A stretch of 63,825 nucleotides of DNA, the filler included, from Choristocarpus tenellus KU-1152 (Eukaryota; Protista; Phaeophyceae), in NCBI GenBank assembly GCA_964200185.2. It is 12 parts of 12 records of this genome, joined end to end, with 100 filler letters (N's around TTAATTAATTAA, not from the genome) between each part and the next. Parts side by side here need not be neighbours in the genome. Positions count along the whole stretch, not along the records: positions 8,088 to 13,615 come from CAXNAD020010515.1; positions 13,716 to 17,261 come from CAXNAD020019342.1; positions 17,362 to 23,443 come from CAXNAD020008981.1; 9 more parts are not named here. One strand, given 5' to 3'. How positions within the stretch are numbered: position 1 is the first letter of the stretch; each line of letters starts with the position of its first letter. The notes beneath the pieces were generated by a model that searched no databases, had not been told where the DNA came from, and saw nothing but the letters and a program-made list of their open reading frames with translations. Shown piece by piece: positions 9,105 to 22,300 of this stretch. Position numbers and translations under genes: made by a program.

Positions 9105-12024
9105 ATGAAATGGGTTGGTTTCGTTCTTGCTCTGGGTCTATACGTTCGGCTCGTAAGAAGTAGTAGGTCGGTGGGGGGACCCGCAAGTGTGGAGGGCTTG
9201 GGGAAGAGTTGGCGTGGAGGAAGTGTGGGTGCTGGTTCTGGAGTAGTGCAGTATGGTGCAACACAAGGACAACGGGTATCCAATGCTGCACAGTTCAATG
9301 TGTCTGGTTTGGTCAATGATACAGGTGCATTAACGTAGATGATGATTAATACGTTTACAGACATGAGTATGAGAACCTCATCAAGAGATTGCAATATGCG
9401 CCGACAAACAACAGGGTCGCTTGAAAACTTGGCACACAACCTGCAGCTGTGTTGCTGCAATGCTAGACGAATACACTTCCATGTGAAGTTAATTGATCCA
9501 TACAGGTGTTGAGCTCCATTAAGTAGGTCCAAGGAAGAATGCCCTCCAGAGTAGCGTCGCACTGTTGTTTACCAAGCAGCAATGCTGTGGATTTTCTCTT
9601 GACAACTTACCCTTGTCTACTTTTGTGCCATCCATATAAATGGGGAATGCAGCATCAGCAGGTGAAGCTGTGGGTTGGCTGGATAGTGTGGACCCCTCTT
9701 TTCTAGGAATAGATCAAGTTTCTGGTGAGAATGCGTTTTCGCCTGGGCGCTGCATTCTCTTCACCCTCCACCCATTCTTTCCTCATGCGATACTCCTCGA
9801 CCATAACTCATTTTGTATTGAACAGACTACCTTGACTTGTATCTTATTATTCTTTAGCCTAGGTTTCGGAGATGTTAGAGCACGTTGGGTTTCGTGTCCC
9901 CTGAATGTGTATTTCACGCTTCTAATAGTGTCACACCTCCCAACTCTTACATAACAAGTAAATCGCACAATCTCCTCTCCCTGTGATTTCTCAGGATTGC
10001 GCCTGGCAATGAGGGCGTCCTTTCTCTTTCTCGTGTTTCTCTTCCCTGCCTTGACTGCTTGCCTTGCGTACCTGTGGCCTTGGTTCCGCGAAAAGGTTGG
10101 TTCCTCCAAACATTTTGTTTCTGGTTGGTGTAGCTATCTTAAGTACAGCGTATGTCAAGAAAGGTGGAAGGAGACAAACTCAAAGAGGTCATGATTGGAG
10201 TTGTGGATTTCCTTGGTGATTCTCATAAGAATAAGATAATGCCTACATGTTAGCCCGAGTAACGTGATGCAAAGGTCAGACTTCGTTGTATTTTGCAGAA
10301 AAGCAAGTAAGTGCATTGCTTGCTAATCGCCAGGTTCTGTGCACGCATCCACGTATTTTTGTTTCATTTCTTTCTCAGAGCCATTATTTCACTTGGGTGT
10401 AAATCCAATGGAAGGATTGGATTTCTAAAACATAAGTCTTGTTCACCTGTTTATGTGATGTCACGATAACACACACCTTAAATACCTGAACTGTGTGGAT
10501 TGGTTTTAAGGTATTGGACACCTGTTTGAGTGTGGTACTTTCGCATATTCTTTTAGCTGCTATTTCCATCGCCACATCCAGACAATATAGTGCCCATTGT
10601 GTTACTTGAACAAGGACCACCGAACACCTGTGTATTTCAGACATCACATCTTATTCCTTTGGAGGTTTTTGCTTTCCTGATTCGAAAATATATGTGTGTG
10701 TTGCTTATCCTCAAAGGCCACACGTCACAAGAACAGAATATGATACTACTACCTAACCCTAACCCTAAGCCTAACCCTAGTACTGCCTTGAATCAAGGGT
10801 TAGATCCGAGAATGGAATATGAATGTGCTTGGCTATTGGCCCTGAAACTCCAATGAAAGTATACCAACCGGGACCATGCATTGAAAACAAAGTGCACAGA
10901 TCTGTCATTTCAATTTAATACAAGTGTACTACTGTGTATGGTAGGTGTGGTTTGGTGCTTTAACCCAGTCCTTGGCCTTGAGTGGAACAGCCTTTATTAA
11001 GTGGGGGCAGTGGAGCAGCACCCGTCCCGACATGTTCCCAGAGGGACTATGTAAGATGCTGACAGTCTTGCACAAGGACGCACCGGCGCATCGATACACC
11101 TACACTAAGGTGAGTGAAAACCCTTGGGGGAACACTTCTAGCTCACAATGCATCTCAGGTTCACAACCGCATGGTAATATATTTGACTAAATATTGCTTG
11201 TGTAGGACTTCTTTAGGGATTGTTTCTTGTCCAACATCCAACCACGTAAGGACAGGGGTTCTGCCTGTTTGAGTGCACCGCTGTAATAGGGTTAGGGTTA
11301 GGGTTGGGTCTTTTTCAGGTGGGGTGGAGTAGGCTCTCTTGTGATTGATGCCTTGATATTACACTGGTGCTTCAGAGTGTTGCTGTTTGACCTGATTTGT
11401 CTACATGTAAGCATGGTCTCCAAGGGAAAGATGCCGATATGCCACTGAGGCACTGGTAGTCCCAAACAAGATTAGTATGTACCAGAGTGTCAGTAATGAC
11501 TCATCAGCTTGACAAAATCAGAGGCCAAGGTGCTACCCAACTCTCTTCACAGTGGGAATTTATACAAGTGGGATAGGATGGAATCTTGCCTGGGCTCAAA
11601 GTGGTACACAAGGATTGACATGCCCGCTTGGATCCTATGTGGATTAAACTGGGCATTGCTGCCATCTCTGCTTTCGATGGGGCAAGACCAGAGTGCCTCA
11701 TTGTTACACTGATGCCTCAATGCCTTGATACCCTTGCTAATGGGTGGCGCCTTAACCTTGAAAGTGCATGCACTGTGTCACTGTGTATACAAAGTGCGCA
11801 GTACGATCCGGGTACATACCTGAGGCACTGCTTCTGTTGTGAGGTTTTCGACTTTATTTTGGCGGTTGTTCCTTTTTTTTGTTCTTTTTTTATTTTTTTT
11901 GTGTGTAACCGGTGTCCGTCTGTGCTGTTGCGATGGTGCTGTGTCCTCCCTTTTTTTATTGCCCATAACGCCTCCTCGGAAGAAACTTGTGGAAAGGGCC
12001 TACGGAGGAAAGCGTATTGAGGAG
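9105..12024 (+). CDS. ABC1/UbiB atypical kinase (ADCK2-like), partial 5' portion
   Basis: Exons 9105-9324 (less certain), 9995-10095, 10945-11109 and 11983-12024 are phase-compatible. The protein contains SGTAFIKWGQWSSTRPDMFP..C..L..LHKDAPAH..TK..VERAYG..IEE, the ABC1 N-terminal signature with the ADCK2-type KWGQW. Confidence 0.85.
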
Positions 12025-14750
12025 GTGATGTGATGTGATGTGATGTGATGTGATATGATGTGATGTGATGTTGGTGTTCTGATGTCGTGACTGAGGGATA
12101 CTTGCTTTGTTGCCCCTCACTACCCCCGAGCTCAAGTAGGAATGAATCTATGCCCACAGATTTTTGTAAGATTGATTTACCTGCATTTGACCTTAGGGAT
12201 CCTCCACTGGAGGTGGTGTCTTCCTGAGATGTTGATGAGGGGAGTTCATTGTCTGGTTGTTGAACAACCCTAACAATATTACCAATGTTATTTCCATCTC
12301 TAAGAGTCACTGAGGGCAGTGACCACTACAGTATGACTAGGCTGTTAGGACTGTTTTGTTGCTCGACTTGACTCCATTTGAATTGTGTACATGGAGAAAT
12401 GCTTGATCAATATATATATATACATACTATATCCTCTCTTTTGAGCTGGTTTTGTGCTTGATGAGAGTTTGTAGTGTTGTGATTCAACCAATTCAATGCT
12501 TTTGTTGTGCTGACAATATTACTATTATTATTATTATTATTATTATTGTATTGATTGTATCTGGTTTGGGTTGGGGGAAGTGTTACCCGGTGTGCCTGTC
12601 ATTATAGAGGTTCATCGGTTGGGCACTCTTGTTTTTGTTTTTTTGTTAAAGCCGTGGTTAGGGTCAGGGCTAGTAAGGTTGCCTCCAAGCGATGGCTCTT
12701 CTGTACTGCTGCCGATATCCCCCACACACCCTACCACTCCTTAATCAGTACTATTCTGTGCCTGTGTTCACTCCAGTGAAACCGGCTCTTTCTATCGCTG
12801 AACGCATAGATCATTCATTTGAACTATTGGAAGGCGTTCCTGATTTTCTGTTCGCGAAGTGTATTTGAACAGGGATCGTGGAAGTGTTTTTTTTGTCTGT
12901 TTTTATCGTCTTTGAAGTTGTTTTTTCACTGCAGCAGTGGTGCGCTAGACCTGTCTGAGACTTAACCAAGTTCCTATCCTTTTTTTGTGTGTTCTTACTC
13001 TTAATTATGGCCAGCGAGGCTTTCTAAGCATAACATATATATATATATATATTTTTTTGAAAATACGTTGATTTTGTATATAGCCAAGATATGAACGACT
13101 TAAGTTTATGGGCAAAGAGGCAATATAGGAAATTTCCTAGAATATGATAGCTTTTCCTCGTATTGTGTGAGAACAATTTGAATTCTGTATCTTAGGCCTC
13201 TAGTAATTAACCAGCAACCTTCCAATTTTTTATTTTTTATTTTGTTGCACCTGCTCTGGTTAGAGGGAAGCCTTACGTGCAATATAGATTCACTATAGAG
13301 GTGGAAGATTCGCTCCTGTGAATCTTTGGCGCAACCGTCTTACTCCCAAGAAACCATGGCTCTGACTCTTCAACACCCACAAGGGAAAATTCAAAAGCCT
13401 GATGAGAAAGAAAATGGCCGGGGAATAGAATAGTTTTTCGGAACAGATTAAGACTAAAAGACTAAAATTAATGCGAAAAGACTTGGTATTTCAAATGAGT
13501 CTACTTACAACATTTGGAAACCTCTCTGTTTGGCTTCAATTAAAATTTTTCTGTTGAACTATTGGGAGCACGGAGTACACTATTATACGCTGTTGGGTCA
13601 AAGTATCTGGGGGGGNNNNNNNNNNNNNNNNNNNNNNNNNNNNNNNNNNNNNNNNNNNNTTAATTAATTAANNNNNNNNNNNNNNNNNNNNNNNNNNNNN
13701 NNNNNNNNNNNNNNNGGGTTGCGTCACAGTAAGATTACGCCAGGAGAGCAACAATTTGTTTAGAAAGACCGAAGAGACTCACCATACACAAAAGGAAAGT
13801 ACAAAAAGAAATTGTACCATCCAAAAGAAAATAAATGGCAAAGGTATTGCATCTAAATCGAATTGGTCACAACAGACGCCTTTTGACAAGCACAAACAAC
13901 CTTTAAAACAAAGGCTCCAGTGCTCACTTTCCTGTTTTCAAAAGGGATTTTTCATATATATACATATAGATGCCAGCAATGTTGGGACAGTTGCTTTCAT
14001 TACCCTAAACAAGTTTGGAAATCTTGGTATCATTGTGCGTCATAGCGCCTTAATTTTCTCTTCCCAGATCTAACAATTCTGTCACCTAAAAAGAGTGCCT
14101 TGCACACTTATTCTGTCAGCTAAAGAAACCTCCCTAGGACTAAGCCAAACACATTCTTCACGAACACATGCAAGTCTGCCCCCTTCCTTTTGAAGGCCTC
14201 CACTGATCAGATGATCCTAACGTTGGAGCCATTAAGGGGAGGGTAGGTTAGGACGGAGATCATCTTCTTCCTCCATGCCAAGAGTTATCATCCCTTTTTT
14301 GCTGCTCAGTCAGGTACACCCTACGCAGTATTGTGTATGTCACGCAGAATCAGAGTAGGCATATAAATGATATTTCAGCAAAAGATCAACTCCGCTCTAG
14401 CTAGTTACCAAACTGCCGACCTTCCATGTCAACTATATATTGTGCAGAAGGTGAAGCTTTTTGTAATATTTTTTAAACACCTGTGTGAATCTCAGGAGAT
14501 TCGAATACCTCACCCAGTTCAACCCTCGAGGAGTGTCAGGCAGCAATGGTGCGATATCCAAGCCAGACCCCTCATTGAAAAATAAACTACTCTTACTGAC
14601 ATATAGATTCAGCTCAATACTGTCACCTTCAGATGATTGCCCTGTTCCCTACTAATGCGCCCTTGGTGTGTGACTGTATACAGTCATGTCCTCACCTACT
14701 GTATACGGACCTTTACCCTATGTTCCCACTACTCACTGTGCACTCTGTAT

Positions 14751-15356
14751 TGTTATAGGCGCCACTCAGAACTCACCTCCATAGGATGTACAACTCAAAT
14801 CCAACGACCTTAAAACGACGCTATGGGGGTGTTGCCTTTTACAACGGTTTGTAGGGTGTCAGATAGCCTTCTCTTGGTACTCCACTCAGTGCTTAGCTCA
14901 AAGCTTGACTCAATGCTTCGTTCAAAAGATAAAGACTGGTGCATAAGGGGGGTAAAAGTGTTTCCACTGGAAGCCCTCTTACTAATTTTATCATCCACCC
15001 AATTCCTTTGATCTTATATCAACTACTCTATAGGTACTCCAATCATCAACCTTTATTCTTCAACTTCTTTGTGACTTTGACATTTTCTTCTGTAATGTTA
15101 CGTAGGTATTCCGAATCTTACTCTGTATCTTCTACGAAATCATCATTTATTCTGTAAGGCTACCTATGTGTTACTACTATCGTATATAGTTTGTACTTGT
15201 CAGAACTAGAGAAACAATCCCCACACTATACGTCTGTCACAAATGTTCGTATTTCCTAAAACAAGAGGAGAAAATGCTCGCCCTATTCGCGTGTAACAAA
15301 TGCTCGCACTTCGTTGAAGTACAAGAAGAAATGCTCGCACTATTCGCCTGTGTCAT
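14751..15356 (+). mobile_element. Solo LTR (TG...CA) with tandemly reiterated 3' end
   Basis: Starts TGTTATAGGCGCC. The first about 160 bp are homologous to the reverse complement of 16000-16164. The 3' end AAATGCTCGC.CTATTCGC..GT.ACA occurs about 3 times and matches the terminus of the LTR at 25138-25547. Confidence 0.65.
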
Positions 15357-15655
15357 GCCCCCCAACGTGAACTAGCAATACATATTTCACGCTTACTACA
15401 GGCGATTTTCACCGCTGAAGACAACAGATATCACCAATCACCTCAGATCATCCTGTTGCAAAAAAAGGAGGAAGAGAAAAAGGATACCGTACTCCTACTA
15501 GGTCCACAACATCTATCCTTGACTTACTTGGGAAAATCTGTCTACAATCTAGCCTAATCTGAGGATATATTCATTCTCTCTAAAAAGCAGCTTCCCTAGA
15601 GTGCCAAGTATGATCTGATTATTGCCTGTCTCATGCCCCCCAGCACGAAGCATAC

Positions 15656-16164
15656 TGACAGCTGCTAGTAGTGCGTAACACAGGCAATAACATCAACGTC
15701 GGCCTCCATCAATAACGAAAATAAAATAATAAAAAAGAAAGGAGGGAGGGAAAGAGGAGAGGAGAACTTAAGCAATGTACAGCAAAGTAAGTGCAGTTAT
15801 ACGGGGATACCAGGGCTAACAGAAAGAAAAGAAAAGAAAGGAAAGCAAGGAGATAAATAAAAAATAAAAAATAAGAGTAAAAGACAAAAACAAAAAAGGA
15901 TAGATAAATAGTGGGTGATCAAAATAGTAAGAGGGGGATTTTGGCCAAAGGTCAACCCACTTACCTACCAGTCCTTACCTTTTATCTTGAATGAAACTTT
16001 GAGTCGAGCTTTGAGCTAAGCACTGAGTGGAATATCAAGAAGAGAAGGACACCTGACACCCTACAAACTGTTGTAAAGGGCAACGCCCCCATACCGTCGT
16101 TTTAAGGTCGTTGGATTTGAGTTGTACATCCTGTGGAGGCGAGTTCTGAGGGGCGCCTGCAACA
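15656..16164 (-). mobile_element. Solo LTR of the same family, inverted
   Basis: The minus strand starts TGTTGCAGGCGCCCCTCAGAACTCGCCTCCACAGGATGTACAACTC, homologous to 14751 onward. The left boundary is approximate. Confidence 0.6.
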
Positions 16165-16468
16165 TGGAGGTCCTACCGCCTCTCTTCAAACTGGAGAGAA
16201 TACTCTGTATTCACCTCAACAATTAGGACTCTTTGTAGCTTCCTACGCCCGCCTGGATTCTTTTCTTTTCCCACTTGGGTTTGTGATCTTCATGCGGCGT
16301 CTGCGGGGTTTTTCGTCTTAGCCCCGTTGTCTCCGTGGGTGCGATGGCATCTGTAGCTCCGAGGGAACCATCGTACTTCATTGTTGTACAATGAGTGGTC
16401 TCTGATCGCCACATCATCCACCTATAGTCGTAAACGAGTGGTGTTTGACCACCATGGTATAGACGTTG

Positions 16469-16726
16469 GAGCCGGAGTATCTTAGAGGGTAGAGCCGTGT
16501 CCATTTGGGGTCAAAATCCAATGTTCCGATTTCGATATAATTTTGGCTATTGTGTTTGTTTCGAAGTGTCAATATCCTTGTTCCGGACACATCTTTTGAT
16601 AACGTATATGTTCTACCTACTCCGAAATTATTTCGGAGTGGGAAAATTTCATAAAAACCCCGAAGGAAGTTAAGCCCCAAATGGACAAACAGGGCAAATC
16701 TCGTACCCTCTAAGATACTTTCACTC
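16469..16726 (-). mobile_element. MITE family A (258 bp, Sola2-like termini), full copy
   Basis: TIRs GAG..AGTATCTTAGAGGGTA / TACCCTCTAAGATACTTTCACTC, 4-bp TSD GTTG. Confidence 0.9.
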
Positions 16727-18049
16727 GTTGCCTAGGTAGTTCTTCCTCGCCATTCGTACACTCACATTCCCGATCTGTTTTTCATGTATCACACTGTTCT
16801 TTTATTTCACAGTTATTCGGAGATGTTCCTGTCCAAGGCTATACCTTGCGAGAACTCTTGCAGTAGTCGTGACGGCTTAACATATTTATGCATCGCGTCC
16901 ACGCATCAATAACTTCACCCCCTGCCACCGCAAGAAGTTCTGCACGTCACTTGAAGCAATAATGGGCGCCGACTCTTGTAAGCATGTTACCGGGAATTCA
17001 AGAGACACACGAACAACCTGCTTGAACTAAGTACTGGACGAACGAGACATCAACAAAAAACACTCCCGTATCCTCTGTTTGCCATTGGTCAATCATTACT
17101 TTGCCAACATGTGCGCCCACCAGCCTCTCACCCCCCCCCTCCTTCCTTCCCGCCCCCCGTCCCGATTATCTTCTTACTCCTATTCGTCAGCCCCTTCATC
17201 CTTCTCTGTATCATACCCTAACCCATCTTCTTCTTCCTCCTCGTCCTCCTCCGCGTTGCTGNNNNNNNNNNNNNNNNNNNNNNNNNNNNNNNNNNNNNNN
17301 NNNNNTTAATTAATTAANNNNNNNNNNNNNNNNNNNNNNNNNNNNNNNNNNNNNNNNNNNNTGCATTACTCTTGGGGGGTAGTCACAACGACATGTACCA
17401 TTTTTTTTTTTCATAATCACAACAGTACCGCAGCATCTCAGTCCCACCTCACCTTCTTTTCTGCTTCCTGGGCTGCCTTCACCTCTCGTTGAACCTTGTT
17501 GTGCTTTCCTGATGCAATGGACCTCTCCACCACCTCTGTCAATGCTACCACCTTCAAAACGGCAAGGGGGGGTATCAATCATCCTATCCCACTTGACCCA
17601 AGAACAAGAGTTGTCGTCACTACTAATTAATGCACAGTGCCCACTAATGCTGCTAAAATAATATTTAGCAGCGTTTTCTAATACGTTATTCTGGGTCGGG
17701 TCGGAAAATCAGCTGGAAGATTGGACATGTGATAATACTTCAAAGAGTCTCTGCTCAAAATAACAACTCATGGTTTTCAATACTTCACACCTAAAATTTG
17801 ATCTACTGATTTTACCTATCTTGTTGTTGCACAGAGGAAGAAGGCACCTTCAAAATACTAAAACCAGTTCCTGTAGCTGTTGCTTCCCTATCCCCCCCCG
17901 CGAGGCTTACTGTTCTTTCATTCACTGAGTTTACCACACACCCCACCTAGCTCACCCATTTATCCCTAGTTGCAACATCATCCGCCTCCAGCTGCAGGTC
18001 TTCCTTTTCTCGACCATCGCCCTCTCCCTCGCCCCCCACCAACACCAGG

Positions 18050-19450
18050 CCTGTGTCTCCTGAAGGTTTGACACTATCAATACTGGTGACCTTCAACACA
18101 GGGTTTCATTTCCGATGGGCATTATCCCTTAATTGTTACAAAAGTAGGTCAGGTTTGTTGTTGAGGTCGAATTTAGGTGTACCTTCACTGACCGTTGAGT
18201 TTTGGAGGGTGTGGGTTTGGGCTTGAATGTGATGGCTTATATCAGGGAGATGGTTCAACTTCACCTGGCAAGGCGTTTGAGGATGGGCATCAGCTCGTTG
18301 CTTGTCCCACAATGGATGAGGATATACAGAGATAATGTCCCATATAAATGATTTCAATTTCTGAGAGCCCCCACAACCATACTCGAGCACTTCTGTACAC
18401 CATGGTTTTCCAGACATTAATCACCTTCACACTGCCGTGTCCCAGACTGCCTCGAGACTCCGCTGTTCTCCAAACCACGGCCGACTGATCCTCTGTCAAA
18501 CGTACCACCACACGTTCTGTGGACAGAGCAATGCCCAAAGCCGCCAACTTCTTCCGAGTGAACTTTGCCCCTGCCCATCAGGAACATGTGAGCTTTGACT
18601 TGGGGGGGGAACTCGGTGGAAGTACTTGAGGCGGGGTTGTAAAAAGAATTTTCCTCTCCTAGAGAGTCAATGAAAAGATTACGATATGAACAGTACAATA
18701 GAAGCGGCAATTAGGACAGGGATGTCCCAATCCACCCTCTACTAGTTCCAAAACCTCACTCTTGAACGAGAAGGGTCCTTCTGGGCAATTGCCAATAGCG
18801 TGTATGATACCAGTAAAGTGTGAAACGCCCCACTCTCTGGAATGGTGGGAAGACTTATTTAGCACATTGATGCAAACTTCTCGCGACTTGTTGTAGATGT
18901 GAATTATTTGTACTCGTAACGTATGAAACACTCCATCTCTCAACATGGACAGCCTTGAACTACGATGATCTGTGGCCGGCAACACATCCTTCTAACCTGT
19001 CAGCACGACGTCGAGTCGGGCTCTCTCATGATCGTCCAACCCATCATCATCTGAGAAACAACTGAACAACGTCCCCATAATCGAAATGCTCCCAGATCAA
19101 CTACACATGTGCAAGCCACGCCCCTGAATTTGGACAAGAGAAGAATGGCAACGTGATAAGTCGGAATCTTCCGCAAATGAGAGGATCCGCTTGATTGGTA
19201 CACTCAAGTCAGTTCAATTTGTACGAATCAGGAAATATATAGGGTGGGTGGTAAATATGTTGGAATCTTCGACCCTTGCTCTGGGCCGTCACAGGATTGC
19301 CCAGAGTCGTAACCTACTACCACATAATTTTATGGGAATTCGATCCAAATGTCATCAATCGCACAATAATACCCTATACCTTCACATCGGACATTACTGG
19401 AAGAGGTTTTCATGGAAGGACGAACTCTTGATTTGTTCTGGATACAAATG
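18050..19450 (+). mobile_element. Highly decayed DIRS-like (tyrosine-recombinase) retrotransposon relic
   Basis: Residual motifs in DIRS order across frameshifts: GW.. and HIN (RNase H), TDPLS (ADxLSR-like), NPP and WW..L (DIRS methyltransferase-like domain), later G.R. There are many stops. Confidence 0.45.
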
Positions 19451-19529
19451 CCTCAGTCAAGAGAGTTAAAAGAGGAGGAACGATATTTGAAGTGATATAG
19501 ATCGACAGCTAGCTATATTATGTAGGCAT

Positions 19530-20005
19530 GAATAAATCTGAACTTGTCCACACTTCTTCTGTCAGTTCATTGAAGGGAAAAGAATCTCAGATTTGTGTAG
19601 ACCAATAAAATCGAAACTACTGCTGTATCCAACTACATCTTCACAGAGATGATAGATGACGCGAGATTGTAACCAAACCACAGGAACTGGTCACGGGTCA
19701 ATACTCACCGAAAAGACACCCATCTTGTTTTGTTTCTTAGATCAGACTTCATGGCACCCTACAAGTTTTCAATTGTCTTAATAGTAGTACCAAGTTAAAT
19801 TCGCACTTGTCCACACCTCTTTCAGTTCATTGAAGGGTTAAGAGCTTCAATTCATGTTGTCCAATAAAACCAGAACTGTGGCATTAACTACATCCTCAAA
19901 ACGATATCAGATGACGTCTCAATCGAGATGGTAACCAAACCAGAGGTACTGATCACGCATCAATAGTCACCAGAAAGATACGTATCTTCTGTTGTTGCTT
20001 AGATT
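19530..20005. repeat. Diverged direct duplication, period about 265 bp
   Basis: ACTTGTCCACAC..CAGTTCATTGAAGGG..CCAATAAAA..GTAACCAAACCA..CTTAGAT occurs twice. Confidence 0.75.
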
Positions 20006-20639
20006 GTACTCCAGTACTTCACTAGACATTCCACTAATTTTCAATTTTCACTTCAAACACCGACCTAAAATATCTCTATATAAATAGGATAGAACAGGAA
20101 CTGATCCCCAGACCGGTCCAGGGCCAACATAGAATATAACCAAGACCCTGACCGAGTCATGTGGAGTATGTCTCAACAAATTCAGGGGGGAAGAGCCATC
20201 GCGATTATAACCAGACCAGGCTGCAGGCTTGCCCAGGAAAAGTATAATATCAAAAGGTATCCCCTGTCTGAAGTATGGGATCGCCCCACCAGCTTCGTCC
20301 AGTCAGAAAAAACGGGTTGAATGTTGATCTGGTGTAAGGACCTGCATTATTTTGCAGCTCTGTGTCCTGCTCTTTGTTCGATATGTTCTTCTCTTCAATA
20401 TTATTTTGGTTTGCTCTGTCTTTGACAACACGTTCCAATACGTTGTATGCTTATCCTTTCTCCACAACATCCAAGTAAGTGTTTTGACCATCATTGCATA
20501 TTGCATAAAAAAAAGAGAGAATCGTCTTCTTTTGAAGGAGTATATCTCATTGGTCAACCAAAGAATTGGCCACCTTGTCTAGAGTTGTGGTTACATTTTG
20601 CGACGTAACGGCAGGACACGTCTAAACCTGAGTGGGCAT

Positions 20640-22300
20640 CTGTAAGCAGTAGTGATGAAAATTGCAACATGTCACTCCAATTATCAGCCTAGTATCCTAT
20701 GGGTGTTGGCTGGTTCAAACGGTCCAAAAACGTTATTGAATCTACCCAAGCAAGATGATGATGAGTCTTCTTTGTTGAACTACTGCAAAATTTTGCCGCT
20801 CAAGTGATTATTGACACCTCTATGGATAGCAGGCGAAACGGTTAAACAACGGTTTTGGATCTATCCAAGCTATTGGCAGCTGGTGCTTACACAAAATACT
20901 TTTGAATGTTTCTACTCAAATTAACATTATTTGTTCATTATGGAGTCAAACAGCGGTTTTGGATCTAAGCAATGAGTAACTGACACTGCTGTGAAAACAC
21001 CGCAAAATGTTACTACGCATGTCATCATTCGTATATTCCAGATATTAGATAGGTAGGTGAAATGGCCAAACAACGGTTTTAGATCCATAGCACGGTATGA
21101 AACCTGATATTTCTACAGTATTCTATATTGAGCCATAGTACACGAGAGATACCCAGGCAAGTTCAGCCGATTTGCATTTTAAGTCTGTTTTTCAATCTTT
21201 AGCGATCACCCATGTTTCTATGAAGTTCTAAGTTTGACCTGAGAGCGTTTATTTCTCTATTGTTTGGAAAAATTCTGATACAGCCCACAAATATCCTGTA
21301 CACATCGGTAAGAAAAACAGAATTCTGTACAAATTTTTCAGCATCCTTAAAACGCAACTCTAGATACCTCTTGTTTACTTTGACTCATTATGTTGCTACA
21401 CGTATCTCAATCGGAGAATTATTGAAGCTAGGAAGGTGAAACGGTCAACAACGTTTTTGAACGCATCCAAACATCATGCATCTGACATATCAGTAAAATA
21501 CTTCAAAATGTCGTCCCTCAGTCACAACTGGCATCTTCCAGATATTGGATGGTGAAACGATCAAACAACCGTTTCTTATCTATGCAAGCGATGTGTCATT
21601 GACACTTACGTAAAGTATTGCAAAATATTGCCACTCGTGTTACCAGGGGGTATGTAAAGGATATCGGACAGGTGGAACGATTAAACAACGGTTTTGGATC
21701 CGAGCAGTGTGTAACCTGACAGTTCTCTAAAACATTGCAAAACGTACGCCCTCGAGTCGCGATTGACATGTTCCAGATATTTGGAGGGTGAAAATGGTCA
21801 AACAATTGTTCGGACCTCCAAACAACATGAAACTGAAACTTTTAAAAAATACTCCAAAATGTTGCCGTTCTAGTCTCCAAGGGCATCTTCCACATATTGG
21901 TCAAGGGGAACAGCCAAACAACGGTTTTGGATATATAGCATCATGTAATGGACACTTTTCATAAATAGTGCAAAACCATATTTTAAGTAGAAGCACATAC
22001 CTTGGCAGTTCGCCTGTTAGTTCTGAAATTCCTTCTTGTAAGAAGTAAGAGGTTAGCCAACCAGAATATCACTATGAATGTACCCCAAATGGCACAAGTA
22101 AAATTTGTATGTACTGTCAACAATTAGTTTCACTCTTAGTCCTACTGTACATACAGTCAACTAAATCAAAACCCTATTTTTAACGTTGCTGCAAATTCCG
22201 ACTCAAGGCACAATTGTTATCTGTAAGGTATTGAGGAGGCTAAACGGTCAAACAATGATTTTTGATCTAATCAAAGAAAGTGCAACTGTTACTTCACTGG
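20640..22300. repeat. Degenerate satellite, about 118-120-bp unit, about 10 copies, interrupted
   Basis: Recurring core GAAACGGTCAAACAACGGTTTTGGATC near 20657, 20836, 20945, 21060, 21440, 21555, 21675, 21792, 21908 and 22222. Confidence 0.8.

Noticed and set aside
8993-9562. 189-aa minus-strand ORF
   Set aside because: Antisense shadow of the putative first ABC1 exon, with no recognisable motif.
11717-12310. 197-aa minus-strand ORF
   Set aside because: Runs through microsatellite and poly-T intronic sequence antisense to the ABC1 gene.
20640-22300. CRISPR-like repeat-spacer array
   Set aside because: The inter-core sequences are homologous to one another, the cores are degenerate, there are no cas genes, and the context is eukaryotic.
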